DNA from: Adineta vaga
Lineage: Eukaryota > Animalia > Rotifera
Direction of reading: 5' to 3'
DNA length: 64,000 nt
Assembly: GCA_021613535.1 (NCBI GenBank)
Contig: CP075494.1
Location: 15,066,001-15,130,000, forward strand
Both the position numbers and the translations under genes were made by a program. Below the pieces are notes generated by a model, which saw only the letters and a list, made by a program, of their open reading frames with translations, searched no databases and had not been told where the DNA came from. Positions 1 to 12,286 of the stretch are shown here, piece after piece (the stretch's first letter is position 1; every line of letters begins with the position of its first letter).

Positions 1-368
1 TACATACGAGATATTCATATGAAGGCTTATGTTATCGAAGTATTTGCACATATTCCAACGAGATATTGACTTTATTTGAAAGAGGAAAGAAAATATCCAA
101 TCGAATGTTTCTCTCAACTATCCAAGATCGAACACTTGCTGAAAATTACATTCAAGAACGAAAAACTGCGGAACAATATGTGATTATGATGATATTCAAA
201 ATTCGTCATCGTTATACAGCATTAGATATTGAACAGATTTCGGAATTTCCACATGAAAAGGAAATCTTAATTATGTATGATAGTATATTTGAAGTAACAC
301 AAATTATTGAAAAAAATCAATTGGAATTTGAAATCAGATTATCAGAAATTAAATCAAATTATCGATAG
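1..368 (+). CDS. C-terminal part of an ADP-ribosyltransferase (R-S-E class) domain protein, 5' end outside window
   Basis: Frame is open from base 3: ...CYRS...FLST...ISEFPHEKEIL...FEVT. This matches the Arg / Ser-Thr / ExE motifs of R-S-E class ARTs. Confidence 0.75.
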   Translation, partial: HTRYSYEGLCYRSICTYSNEILTLFERGKKISNRMFLSTIQDRTLAENYIQERKTAEQYVIMMIFKIRHRYTALDIEQISEFPHEKEILIMYDSIFEVTQIIEKNQLEFEIRLSEIKSNYR

Positions 369-606
369 AAAGACAAACATTTTTATCTTTCTTTTTGAAT
401 TTTATACAAAAAAAAATAGTCGAAATAAAAGCAAAACATTTGGCAGTCGAGGAAGTGCGATTGTATGTGAATTTTCCATACCAAATAAAGGAAGTGTATC
501 AAATTTGAATAGATAAGATAAGCATAAATCATGACCTTTTTATTTCGAGATTTGGGAGTACTATATATAGATAGTTAGTTTACATAGTTTAAATCATTCA
601 ATAAAA

Positions 607-1119
607 ATGCTCACAATGCGAATGTGTTTGATTTTATTCATGGGATATTATTTGACCATTGACAAAATTGATGCTGGGAATGTGGATTTGACTCAATTTT
701 CGGCAATGATCAATTATAAAGGTTATTCGTCTTGGGATTATTATGGTTATGGTTGTTGGTGAGTATTGAAGAAATTATCTATACATTGGAAGTTATTGTA
801 TCCTATTTTTAATAGGTGTGGTTCGGGAACACATGGTACTGAAGTTGTAGATAGAACAGATAATTGCTGTCGAGTACATGATCTATGTTACGATGAAGTT
901 CAAAGCCAAGGCTGTTCACCTAAATGGGGTGTATCATATTCTTGGAGTCGTTTATCAAATAGAGAAATTCGTTGTACTGATGGATATGGAACATGTGATC
1001 GAAAGACATGCGATTGTGATAAAGCAGCTGTGGACTGTTTTGCAGCGACTAGGAGAACATACAATAGCTTTTATCGTCAACTCTCTAATAGTCAAAAGCA
1101 ATATTTATGCAACTGGTGA
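607..1119 (+). CDS. Secreted phospholipase A2 (group I/II-like), 2 exons (607-758, 816-1119)
   Basis: Signal peptide MLTMRMCLILFMG. Splicing GT759..AG815 restores the Ca-loop YGCWCGSG. Catalytic DNCCRVHDLCY and CDCDKAAVDCF are present. Confidence 0.92.
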
Positions 1120-1214
1120 GTATCTCCACCATTAGAAAGTCATTGATCCAGTGAATAAAACATAATCCTGGGATTTTATGTCACTTTACCTCTTTATTAT
1201 ACTAAAATAAAATT

Positions 1215-1645
1215 TTATTCACAACATAATTCATTCCATTCAGCTTTAAAAACTGTTCCCCATGTTACAAAACATCTTGTATGTGGACATGGATTAGTTG
1301 TTTTAACTATTGTTCGTAAAGAATTGAAGAAAACATACATTTGAATATCAATTTCAATTGATTTAACACTATTATCGATATTGATAGTTGCAGATTGAAA
1401 TGAGGATAAACCACCGGAATTTGATAATTGTCCTTGATTTTTCGAATTTTGATAACGAACGAGAACACGAGCTATGTAAGCACCTCGATTTTCTAGACGA
1501 ATTTGTATCGAATTGATTTCTACAAGAAATAACACAAAGAAAGTCTTGAGAAAATCGTATTTTAATTGTTTCTAATCCTACCATTGAAACTAAAAAATAT
1601 AAGTAACAGATAAAGAGTAAAGTATTTGTTACGACGCAAAGACAT
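1215..1645 (-). CDS. Small secreted protein resembling domain 4 of cholesterol-dependent (thiol-activated) cytolysins; 2 exons
   Basis: Exon 1 MSLRRNKYFTLYLLLIFFSFN (signal-like) joins in phase 1 to INSIQIRLENRGAYIARVLVRY...FVTWGTVF. Compare the CDC D4 motifs HSGAYVAQF and IWGTTL. Confidence 0.65.
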
Positions 1646-2021
1646 TTTCTAAATGAATCAATACCTGTAAGTACATATTTATTAATCGAATTGATTTTAT
1701 TGATTCATCCTCTTCTTTACATAACTAACAGAAGTTTCTAATCCAAACTACCACGCATAATCTTTATCAAATATCTACAGATGTTTGCTAATATGAACAT
1801 CTGCCGACTGAAATATGTTTAAATTATTTACAAAATAAAAAGAATCTATGAAGCAAAAGTATAACAGAATGTTTATTCTTATAAATATTCATTACATATA
1901 ATTTATCTTAATTGTGTCTAGTCTCATTAGACAAATATTAGACTTAATAGACAATTTCAGGAACTTTTCTTTACTTCAATATATAAAGAGACAAATAATT
2001 TCTTTTCATATTCATTTAAAC

Positions 2022-3083
2022 ATGAATGAAAGAAATGAAACAATAACAATTCTTCTTCGTACTGCATCGTATTTAAATCGTTCGATACCAATTCCACTTT
2101 TAATCTTTGGAACAATTGGAAATCTATTGAATATATTCATTTTAACACGTCAAACACTTCAAAAGAATTCCTGTGCATTTTATTTTCTTTCTTCAACTTT
2201 TGCAAATCTATTTTGTTTATGGTTTGGTCTTTTAACAAGATTACTTTCCGGTTATAATCTCGATCCAACTGTTTGGAATACATTAGCTTGTCAATTTCGA
2301 TTCTATATTACATATATGGCTTTAGCTTTAAGCGCATGTTTTCTTGTCTATGCTAGTATTGATCGTTGGGCATCATCAAATGCTAAACCAAATATACGTT
2401 CATTTAGCCGTATGTATATCGCTCGACGTATGGTTATCTACACAACATTATTTGCTTTTGTATTCTATGGTCAAACATTTTATTGTTATAAATCCGTCTT
2501 ATATCAATTTCCGATTAGTTGCTATTGTCCCAATCGAATTTGTCGAATATATAACGATGTTTTATTTCTTGTACTTATCTCAGTTATACCACCGATTTTG
2601 ATGTTAAGTTTTGGTTATTTAACCATTAAAAATGTACAAAAAATTCGGCAACAAGTTAATTCAATGACAGTCATACGTCAATCTTCTAATCAACGTACTC
2701 GTTTATTGAAAAAGAAAGATCATCAAATGATTTTGATGCTTTTAGTTCAAGTTTTTTTCTTCGTTATTTTTGTAACACCTTCAGGAATATCGAAAGCATA
2801 TTCAACATTAACATTGAATCAATCAAAAGATTCTTTAGAATTAACAAGAGAAAATTTCTTCTTTCAAGTTGCTGTTCTTATTCTTTATATTAATTGTTGT
2901 TCGGCTTTTTATCTTTATACTCTGACGGGAAAAATCTTTCGACAAGAAGTGAAACGATTATTATCGAATATTCTATTATCCAGTATAACAACAATTAGTG
3001 AAGTTAGAGTCGTTCCATCGGATCAAATTTCAGTTGCATATTTTGATGAACGAACTGAAATTCGAATTAAAACTGGTCAATAA
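2022..3083 (+). CDS. Intronless orphan class A (rhodopsin-like) GPCR
   Basis: Seven hydrophobic segments with GTIGNLLNI, SIDRW and FYLYTLTGKIFRQE motifs. The first ATG in the ORF is at 2022. Confidence 0.88.
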   Translation: MNERNETITILLRTASYLNRSIPIPLLIFGTIGNLLNIFILTRQTLQKNSCAFYFLSSTFANLFCLWFGLLTRLLSGYNLDPTVWNTLACQFRFYITYMALALSACFLVYASIDRWASSNAKPNIRSFSRMYIARRMVIYTTLFAFVFYGQTFYCYKSVLYQFPISCYCPNRICRIYNDVLFLVLISVIPPILMLSFGYLTIKNVQKIRQQVNSMTVIRQSSNQRTRLLKKKDHQMILMLLVQVFFFVIFVTPSGISKAYSTLTLNQSKDSLELTRENFFFQVAVLILYINCCSAFYLYTLTGKIFRQEVKRLLSNILLSSITTISEVRVVPSDQISVAYFDERTEIRIKTGQ

Positions 3084-3757
3084 ATCGATTTCATATCTAC
3101 ACATTTGAAGTTTTTCGTATTTCCCTGATTGCTAGGTCACTAGAGTGAAAATATTGTTCGTTATATAAATAATAAAGTATCTATTAGATGATATAAATAT
3201 TTCTATTCATATCCGAAAAGAAAAATGTATGTAGGTGTTTCGAAACAGATGATAATTGAAATTGTTCTTATAGAATTTCTAAAGAAAATAATATCTCATT
3301 TTCTTTTCCTAAGTACTAATTGATCCGATCGGTGCAAAACGATCGACAAATAGAACGACGTAAAAGAATCCGAAAGATAAATAATGGTCAACTCGATCTT
3401 CTTTCTTTCGCTAGTACATTCATCTTTCTAATTCCATTTGTTTTAAAATGTCTAGAGATTATCATCACATTTGACGATGCGCGTCGTTTATTAATCTTCT
3501 AGCTTTAGAAAAAAAAAATATTTTTCGAAGATGGATTTGTATTATATTTGTTCTTGATGAAAAAGATAATGATTCTTCTGTCATACAATAGAATAGAGAA
3601 AGAGAGAATTTCTCTTATTTTTCTTTTCTTCAAAATATGTTCGGAAAAAGAAAACGAGAGAAAGGTTTATAGAATATATAAATTGAGCGAGAACATCGAT
3701 TGAAGATTGTTTCATACAAAAAAAAATCCAACAGGTTATTTCTGCCCATATCAAATT

Positions 3758-4868
3758 ATGACTACTGTTACAATGTCGACAATTCTTATTGCTTTCCTTA
3801 TTGCTGCTTTCTGTCAACTAGGCACCATGGGTGAAGAAGAAAAAGTAAGTATTTTTGATAAAAGAAAGTGTGAAGATTATAAGAGATGTGAGAAAAATTG
3901 GTGTTAATGAAGAGAAATCAGTGGAAAGTCAAAGTTGATTAATTGCTGTTAAGTAGAAAGGACATATTTATTTGATCGAATCCTTCAACGAGCATAAGAA
4001 AGAAAGTGTTACGATTCACGGTGATTAGTAATAATTAATTCATATGTTTTATCGGTTCTTTGTAGAAACGTACACTTGATTCATTATCTGGCTCGGATTT
4101 TTTCAAAAAAGTAAGTACTGATAGAGATAATAAATTAAATTTTACGATGATTTTTCTTTGTTATTTAGAGTCTTGACAGTCTTTCTGGCAACGATTTTTT
4201 CAAACGTGAAGATGAAGTAAATAAAAGAATCTTTATTTTCATTTTGAAATCTTTATTATCGATTGTATTTAGAAACGAACACTTGATTCCCTTTCTGGTT
4301 CTGATTTCTTTAAGAAAGTAAATATCAAAAGTTTCTCATAATTTTTCTTTTAAAAACTTCTCTTTGTTTATTAGAGTCTTGATTCATTATCCGGCAATGA
4401 TTTTTTCAAACGTGAAGAAGAAGTAACTAATTTTGATATTAAATTTCATTTCATTCTTTATATCGAATGTTTAGAAACGAACATTAGATTCTTTATCAGG
4501 ATCAGATTTCTTTAAGAAGGTCTGTTGTTCCATCTTATTAATCAATCATTATTTCATTGGATTTCTTTAGAGCTTGGATTCATTGAGTGGAAATGATTTC
4601 TTCAAAAAAGTAATCGATTGATTTGTGTTTTCTTTGAAATAACGATCTCTTTGGATGTTTAGAGTTTAGATTCATTGAGTGGAAATGATTTCTTCAAAAA
4701 GGTATGTTTCGAAATGAAACTTGAAATTGAATATTTTATTGCTTTGTATAGAGTTTGGATTCATTATCAGGCAATGATTTTTTCAAACGTGGTGTCCGAC
4801 CATTAGGAGTGCTTCGATATTCAGGACGACACGCGCATCGTCATCATGCACAACCTCAAAATGAATAA
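3758..4868 (+). CDS. Neuropeptide precursor (orcokinin/pedal-peptide-like), 9 exons: 3758-3844, 4066-4110, 4169-4216, 4273-4317, 4375-4422, 4475-4519, 4571-4609, 4663-4701, 4752-4868
   Basis: A signal-peptide exon is followed by 8 copies of (T/S)LDSLSG(S/N)DFF flanked by KR/KK. All introns are GT-AG and phase 0. Confidence 0.88.
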
Positions 4869-5392
4869 AACAAACGAATGAACATCCCGTCTTGTTGTCG
4901 ATAATCTGTGAAAAAAAAACTTTTTTTTTTTGTTCTTCATTTGGGGATTTGTTTTCATCAAATTCAATAAAGAAGAAAATCATAAAGAGAACAAATCAAT
5001 ATGTCACTGTTCATCACTTGACAATGTCAAAACTTGAAAATAATAAAAACATCTGCTCTATTCGGTTCATTTGTCAAAAAAAAACCTAGTCTTTATCAGT
5101 AAATATTTAGGATTATACTCAATAGCATCCGTTTTCAAATCGTGCAAATGAACGATTGATTCTCTGAGTGCAAGAATAAATGTGCTGATCTCAGTAGGCG
5201 TTTAGTACATATGACTAAAGTACAAAAAAAAATAATGAATACTGAATTTATTGACGCAATCGTAGGTTGTGATGAGATTTTCGGAAGAGACAAATGTAAA
5301 TAAATACGTTTGATTTATAAAAATTAATAATTCTATTAAATCTACCAGTTATTTGTTTTTCTTCAAACTACGTCATGAAAATGTGTTTATGA

Positions 5393-6328
5393 TTAAGCAT
5401 TCAATGGTTGTTGAATTTCTCGTTCATTAGATTGATGAGCAATTGTACTAACAAATGTTCCAATTGAAGCGGGTAATGGTTGAATATGTTCAAAGAAAAA
5501 AGCATTGATTTGTGCGCCTATGATGAGAATAACTGCCGAATAAAAAAGAAATAAAAGTAAAATCACAGCAAAACCAATTTGACCCGAATAACTTGCCATA
5601 AAGTTTTTCACATATATGGGAAAAATGATCATAAATAATTGTAAAGCAATAGCAGCAACTAATGATCCACACCATGTTCGTTTGATTGTCATTTTTTTAT
5701 TCGGTACAATGAAATAAATGATTTCAAATAGAATAAATGATAGGAATAAACTTGTTAAAAGACCAAATATATACGCAACAAAACGTCCACCAAAATTTGG
5801 TATAATACCGAGAAGTAATGTAGGTAAGGATGAAGCAGCAATCATTAGTGGAATTAAAATAAGAAATAGAAGGAGCATTGCAATTGCTAAAAGATATTTT
5901 TGTAGAAATTTTCGTTCTTCAACACGATAAATGATTGTTAAACACCGATCAATTGCAACGAATAATCTCGAACTTCCAATAATAGCAAATAATAAACCAA
6001 AAGCAAAAATAAGACCAGCATCTTGATGTAATTTTTTAAAAGCCATATTCATTATTTGTTGTATTCCATTTTTCGTTTCCGATGGAAATGTATTGATAAT
6101 TTTTTGTTTGATATTATTTCGTAAATCCGGATGATTATCAAGTACAAGACCAAGAATACCGAATAATGTTATTGCCATTGGTAAAAGTGCAATTAAAATA
6201 TTAAATGCTAACATTCCTGAAAAGACCAATGACCAATCATATTTTACTTTTTGAATAAATAATCGAAATGGTGTCGTTTCTTTTTTTGCATATTGAAATA
6301 AACGAATATTCGTCACTATTGGCTCCAT
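5393..6328 (-). CDS. YihY / virulence factor BrkB family membrane protein (bacterial type), intronless
   Basis: Motifs LAFNILIALLP, LTIIYRVEER, FEIIYFIVPN, GSLVAA and FLFYSAVILIIGAQINA are typical of the YihY family. Confidence 0.85.
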   Translation of the reverse strand: MEPIVTNIRLFQYAKKETTPFRLFIQKVKYDWSLVFSGMLAFNILIALLPMAITLFGILGLVLDNHPDLRNNIKQKIINTFPSETKNGIQQIMNMAFKKLHQDAGLIFAFGLLFAIIGSSRLFVAIDRCLTIIYRVEERKFLQKYLLAIAMLLLFLILIPLMIAASSLPTLLLGIIPNFGGRFVAYIFGLLTSLFLSFILFEIIYFIVPNKKMTIKRTWCGSLVAAIALQLFMIIFPIYVKNFMASYSGQIGFAVILLLFLFYSAVILIIGAQINAFFFEHIQPLPASIGTFVSTIAHQSNEREIQQPLNA

Positions 6329-6870
6329 AACCTAACTCAATAAATGATACCAGCGTCGAGGGAAGATTGTTTTTGTGTTTACATTTGTATCATACTCGTT
6401 ATGCTATTTTTTCTCCTTCATGTTCTTTTTTTTCCTCTTTAACCTTGACGAAGATACGTTGCGATAATGAGATATATCATTGAGTTATTTGAATGGTAAA
6501 CATATCGAAACAGAATTTGTTCGGATAGTTTGATTTCACATAATTTTCGACGCAGAAACTTCTTATGATTATGTTTGAGAAACTATGATGTAATAAATCA
6601 TTTGAATATAATAATAAAGGTTTTTTTTAGATTTATTATCCAGTCTTATCGTTTGAAATGTCCGATTTTGTAATCTTAAAAGGCATTAAACGGAATTTTC
6701 ATTGTTCGAAAAGAAAATTTTTACGAAGCAAAGTAATTCAATTGAAGTGGTTTGTTTTTTACGATTAAATCATAAGACTTTGATTTATTATCGATAATAA
6801 AATATTTTCGTATATAAATGATTAACATCGAACAAAGTTCTCAAGAAATTCTTTGTGAGAAACAGCACAA

Positions 6871-7529
6871 ATGATATCAATTCAATCAATTGTTTTCGTT
6901 CTTTTGATCTCATCGGTAAAGAAAAACTTGCTTTTTTTTTCAATTCATTTCAATGATAATAATTCAAATATTGTATTTAGATTCTTATCGATGCTCAAAC
7001 GTTTTCCAATTGTGGTTCAGGAAATCATATCAAATTGAATTCTCTTACGATATCTCCATATCCAGTTCGAGTACCTGGTCCTGCTACATTTACATTAGGT
7101 GTTGGCGTCTCGGAAGATATTAAACATCCACTACAAGTAAATCAGATCATTTTTCTTCGAAAAAAAAAACAAAGATCAATTTTCATTGATTTTTAGACAG
7201 CATTTGATCTGAAAGCAACAGCTCTTGGTATTACTTTACCTATCAAATGTGAAAATGGTGTTGGATCATGTACTTACGCTGATTGGTGCACAGCTTGTTC
7301 AACTTGTACTTGTCCAGTATTTTCTGTAAGAGTCTCAATTTTGGTTCGTTTAGATTAGTAAATCGATTGTTTCGTTTAGGGCGATCAACAAATGGTTATA
7401 TCATTGAATTTCACATCGGGTATTCCTATTGGTTCGACAGCTAAAGTTCGAGCACAAATTGATTTTCAATCCGCCTCTGGTCAAAAAGGATGTGTTTTAA
7501 TGCCTTCGATAGATGTGCGAAAAAAGTGA
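6871..7529 (+). CDS. Secreted ML-domain lipid-binding protein, GM2-activator-like; 4 exons (6871-6915, 6981-7136, 7197-7325, 7380-7529)
   Basis: The spliced product has a signal peptide, FSNCG, LTISPYPVRVPG, IKCENGVGSCTYADWC, CTCP and KGC. It is not in the ORF track. Confidence 0.82.
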
Positions 7530-7900
7530 ACTAATCAATTACAATAAAATGAACTTGTTCTCTTTTGAAATCTTTCGAATAAAAAGAACGTCTTTTTCGA
7601 ATCATAAACTGTTTCTCATCGCAGATATTCTTCAGCCAATAACGATTGATAAGATTCTTCTATTTTCATCTAGTTTATTGCAAATTTGTTAAACATATAT
7701 ATATAGAAAAATAAATACGGCAAAATGATTACATAGTTGAAGAAAAAACTGAATCTAACAAGATCAATAAAGCATGTAAAAGAGAAGACTTATACATAAC
7801 TGTTCTACGAAAGAAGCATAGAATTACATTCCATAGATTGTTTTTTTTCTGAAAACACGCACATTCAAGCACAGAATGACTATGTCATTGTTTTCATAGA

Positions 7901-10900
7901 CTAATCGTCATTTAATGAAGGTGGCGTAGCTGCTGTTGTTGTTGATGAACGAAACAATTGCCGTCGTCGTTTTTCTGTTAATGTTGGTGTATTTCTTCCG
8001 GAATGAAATGTATTATCTGATAAGATTTTGTTCGAATTCGATAAAGTAGGTTTTTTCAATTGTTCAACAAGAAATTTTTCATAATCAATTCCACTATCGG
8101 ATGCCACAGTTAATGCTAATGATGATGATCGTTCATGTAATCTTTCTTCTGCCATACTACCTGTCATATGAATTGGATCAACATGATCGACTTTTTCTAA
8201 TTCTTGTGTTAATAAATCAACTTTCTTGCCGCTGGAATTTAAGGGTGATGTATCATCATTTGGCGTTTGTTTTCTTTCGAAATAAGTTGCACGAACAGCA
8301 GCTAACCAATGTACACGACGTATACGTAAAATTTGTACAGTTTCACTAACACGTAAACTAAAATCAGGAATAAATGGACGAAATTTATTCGCTTTTGAAC
8401 GAATAAGATCATCGATTTTCTCTTCAGGACTCTAAACAAATATCAAAGAAAAGAAAAATGATTCGAATTTTCAACAAATTCATTCTCACATATAATGCAC
8501 TAACACCAAAATAATAGAATGAACCAATTTCACTAACAATCTTTTCTTTGCCTGTTTCTAATTCAGCATTACCATTAACGATTAAAACAAAATAATCCAC
8601 TGGTTTACCATATTCATAAATATACGTGATTTTACCCGATTTGGCATCATCTTCATCATATTCGTATTCTTTATATAGATCAGCATTTAATAGAAGACTT
8701 AAAATATTTGGTGAAATGTATTTTTCTTTGAAAGTTTCAATACCTATGTTGAAAATATGATGTGATAGATAGGAAAATCGAAGAAATAAAATGATTACTT
8801 GTAGAAAGAAATTGAAAAACCGCAACTCTCATTTGTGCAGAGATTTTACCTGCTGCTTCAGTGGAAGTTTGACCAATAAAGACAGAGAGATCATGTCCTT
8901 GTGAAAGAACATTTCGAACTTTTCGACGATTATCAGCTAAAAAATAATTATAGAAATGAATTCATATCTTTGGGAATCGATGTTTTCCTCAAAACACATG
9001 CACTACGACAATCATCTAATTGGTTAATCTACGCTCAAAAATAGTGGATTATGTAAATAGTAATGTATCTAAGGTCCGATTTAAAATGTCAAAGTTTGAC
9101 GTAATCGTTCGTATTTGATAATAAAAAAATACATTTTTTTATAAATGTCAATCAGTGAAGGCTTTAGATAAATATCACACTTACTAAATACGTCAGTTTC
9201 GTCTACAATTTCTTCTTGAATCATTTCTTCAATAATATCTTCTAATGTAATAATACCAATTGCTTTTGCACGTGGATCTTTCTCACTTGTATTATCATAT
9301 TCAACAACAACACCCAAATGATATTGTTCTAGAAAGAGATAATATTAAAACTTCTCAAACAAACTAAGTTCTTCGAACCTTTTTTGAATAGATTAAAAAC
9401 ATCATAACTAGAATCATCCGGCGTAATTGCTGTTCCATAACGATGTTTACAAAAATTCATGATCGTTCGTACAGTAAATTTTCCTGAATCAGTATCCGGT
9501 AAAGTAAAATCACGAGCATAAACTAAACCAATAATATTATCTCTGAAAATAGAGCTTTTTAAAAAAGAATTTTCTCATGAAACTTTAACAAACTTTTCTC
9601 CTTCATAAACTGGAATTCTTGAATAACCATAACCATAAATAGTAAGAATAAGTTCATCATCAACAATACGATCTGCTTCGAGCATAAAAACATCTTCGAG
9701 ATTCGTCATTACACCACGAATTTTCTTGGCTTTTAAATTTAGTACACCTGTCATCATAATTTTCTCTCGATCTTCAATATCGGTCGTCGTTGTATGTTTT
9801 AACAAAGCACCCATTTGATCTCTTGTATATCGTGCACCGACTTCTTCTCCTTTAAAAAGAACCTTTAAAACAGTTTTGTTTTTCAACAAGAAATCTTCTA
9901 CCTAAAATAATATCGAGTAATTTACTCAATGGATATGAAATTGGAAATGTTAAAAACATGAATATTTTTGTTAAAACAACTGTTTGGGAACCAACTTTTA
10001 AACCATGACGTGAACATATAGCTTGAGGAATAATTTCTCCAAAAATCACAATAGTTAACGTGGCACAAGCAACAGCCAATGCACCACTGATCAATGTATC
10101 GAGCAGAATCGTTGTTGTTGAATTAACCAAAACATTACCTAATAGAATTGTACATAGAAGAAAATTACCACGTTTACGTACAGGATAGATTCGTTTCGCA
10201 TATTTTTGATCATTTGGTGTTCCAGCTTCTTGAATAACCTTTAAATCATGTGGAGTTAATGACATAAGACCAAGATTTAATCCAGAAAATAAACCAGATA
10301 AAAGTAAGAGACAGATTAGAAAAAGTATTGTTGTCCAAATAGGTAATGCTCGACGAGTTAGACGAAGTTTTAATAAAGGTCTAGAATAAACAAGGAAGAC
10401 ATTAGAGATATTTTAGAGAAAAAACAAAATTTACCCATTTCCTTGATGAAGTACTTCAGATGAATTCGCTGGTGATAGACATAAATATAAAGTTGAATTA
10501 TAAAAAGGTAAATTAAGTGTAACAAAAGCTAATTGGCCCATTTGAGGATTTGGATTGATTTGTTCAATTTGTAAGGGATATCTTCGTTCTTTACGTTCCC
10601 ATGTACATGATGTTGGATGAACGGTAAAAGATAATTCAGCATCTTTTATATTCTCACCTATGATTCGAATAAGAAGAAGAAGAAAAGAAAAGGAATCAAT
10701 CAGTTTATCGTGAACTTGTTCTCTATTCCCTCGAGCTTTCTTTTTCTTTTTCGGGAAAAGAAGTTATTAGAAACTAAGCGACATGTTTTCTCGACGAATA
10801 GAATAATCAATAAAAGAAATCATTTTCTCTACATACCATAAATAGCAAATTTAGTATCTGTATCTCGTTGAATTTCCCATTCTTGATTATTTTGACCATT

Positions 10901-11161
10901 GAAAATATGTTCACCTGCAGTTCTTGGCAACATTGTACGGATAAAAGTTGATGAAATATCTGTTGGCAATGATTTTTTCTCAATTGTAGAGGAAATTTCT
11001 CGAGTTTTATTTCTTTTTGAAATTGATCGTCTTGTAGTCTAGAAAAATGAACTTTCAATTATACTACAAAATCAAATGTTCAAACTTACTGTTTGTTCAT
11101 CTTGTTGAATTGCGAATGTTTGAATGAGTAAACATAGAAGAAAAATGTGCAAAACATACAT
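7901..11161 (-). CDS. CNNM: CNNM-family metal transporter (DUF21 + CBS pair + cNMP-like domain), multi-exon
   Basis: [50 protein letters not shown] and [22 protein letters not shown]; signal-like first exon starting at 11161. Confidence 0.92.
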
Positions 11162-12286
11162 TTTTCACGCAAAAATATGAAGAAATCAATGGTTATTTAT
11201 CACACAAAACGCGAGAGAGTTCGATCAATCAACTGAATTCAATTATTGGAAATAAAAAGAACACACAGAAGATGAATTAACCTAATTTATACCAAAACAG
11301 GAAAGAACGAATGCGTAGAAGAAATGTTATTCAGAAAGGAAAGAGAGAGAGAGAGAAAAAGAAAAGAAAAAAACACAATTGTAGGTATTAAAAAATCTTA
11401 GTCATTAAATTGATTTGATTCATTTCTATAGGCAGACCATCACTTCTATTAAACTGCCAAGAAATCCATGGATAAATTGTTCCAAAAGAGAACATTATTT
11501 GACAAGAATTTTATGTATTGCAAGAACAACAACAATTCGAACGACTAGTTAAATATTCTGAAAAAAGAAGAAAAAAAAGTTGTGTTGATAATAGATCTTT
11601 TTTTCTTTCTATCGTCATTCTTTTCTGCTAGAAAGAATTTCCTAGAAATCAAATATATTTAAATTCATCATATTGAAACAAACAATTCATATCATAGAAC
11701 CATGATCTTTGACGAGTATGCGTACAAAAAACTGGAGTAATGTACCGAAACGAAACAGTCATGCTCAATTATGCATTCCGAAAATTAGTCAGACAATGAG
11801 GTCAATTAAAATAAACTTACCTTACCGAAGCAATGATTTCTTGAAGGAAGAAAAAAGTATTTTTGCAATCAAATGAATTTACTTCGAGTAAAAAAGACTC
11901 GTCTTATCTGTCATCATATCTGTCATTTTTGATTCAATCTTTGAGAAATTCTCGATTTAAAAATGAATAGAAGGAAATAAATGATTAAATATTAAATAGT
12001 CTTATCGTTTCCTTTTCACTATTAAAAATATCTACGATGATGAAAAGAGAATTTTTGAAGAGGAAAAGAAAATATGACGAGTATGTTTTTTTCAGACTTT
12101 TATTCACTCGAGAGAAGATTGTTTTGATGGAAGAATCGATAGAGGACACTACTATTTCTTTTATAATCGAGGCTATTTTGACAACATTCATGGTATCTAA
12201 TAAACCAATCATTGACGAACGACAACGTTGTTTTATTACTCTAGTAGATAGTCGATAGACGTTTCATTTTCTACTTAATACAACTG

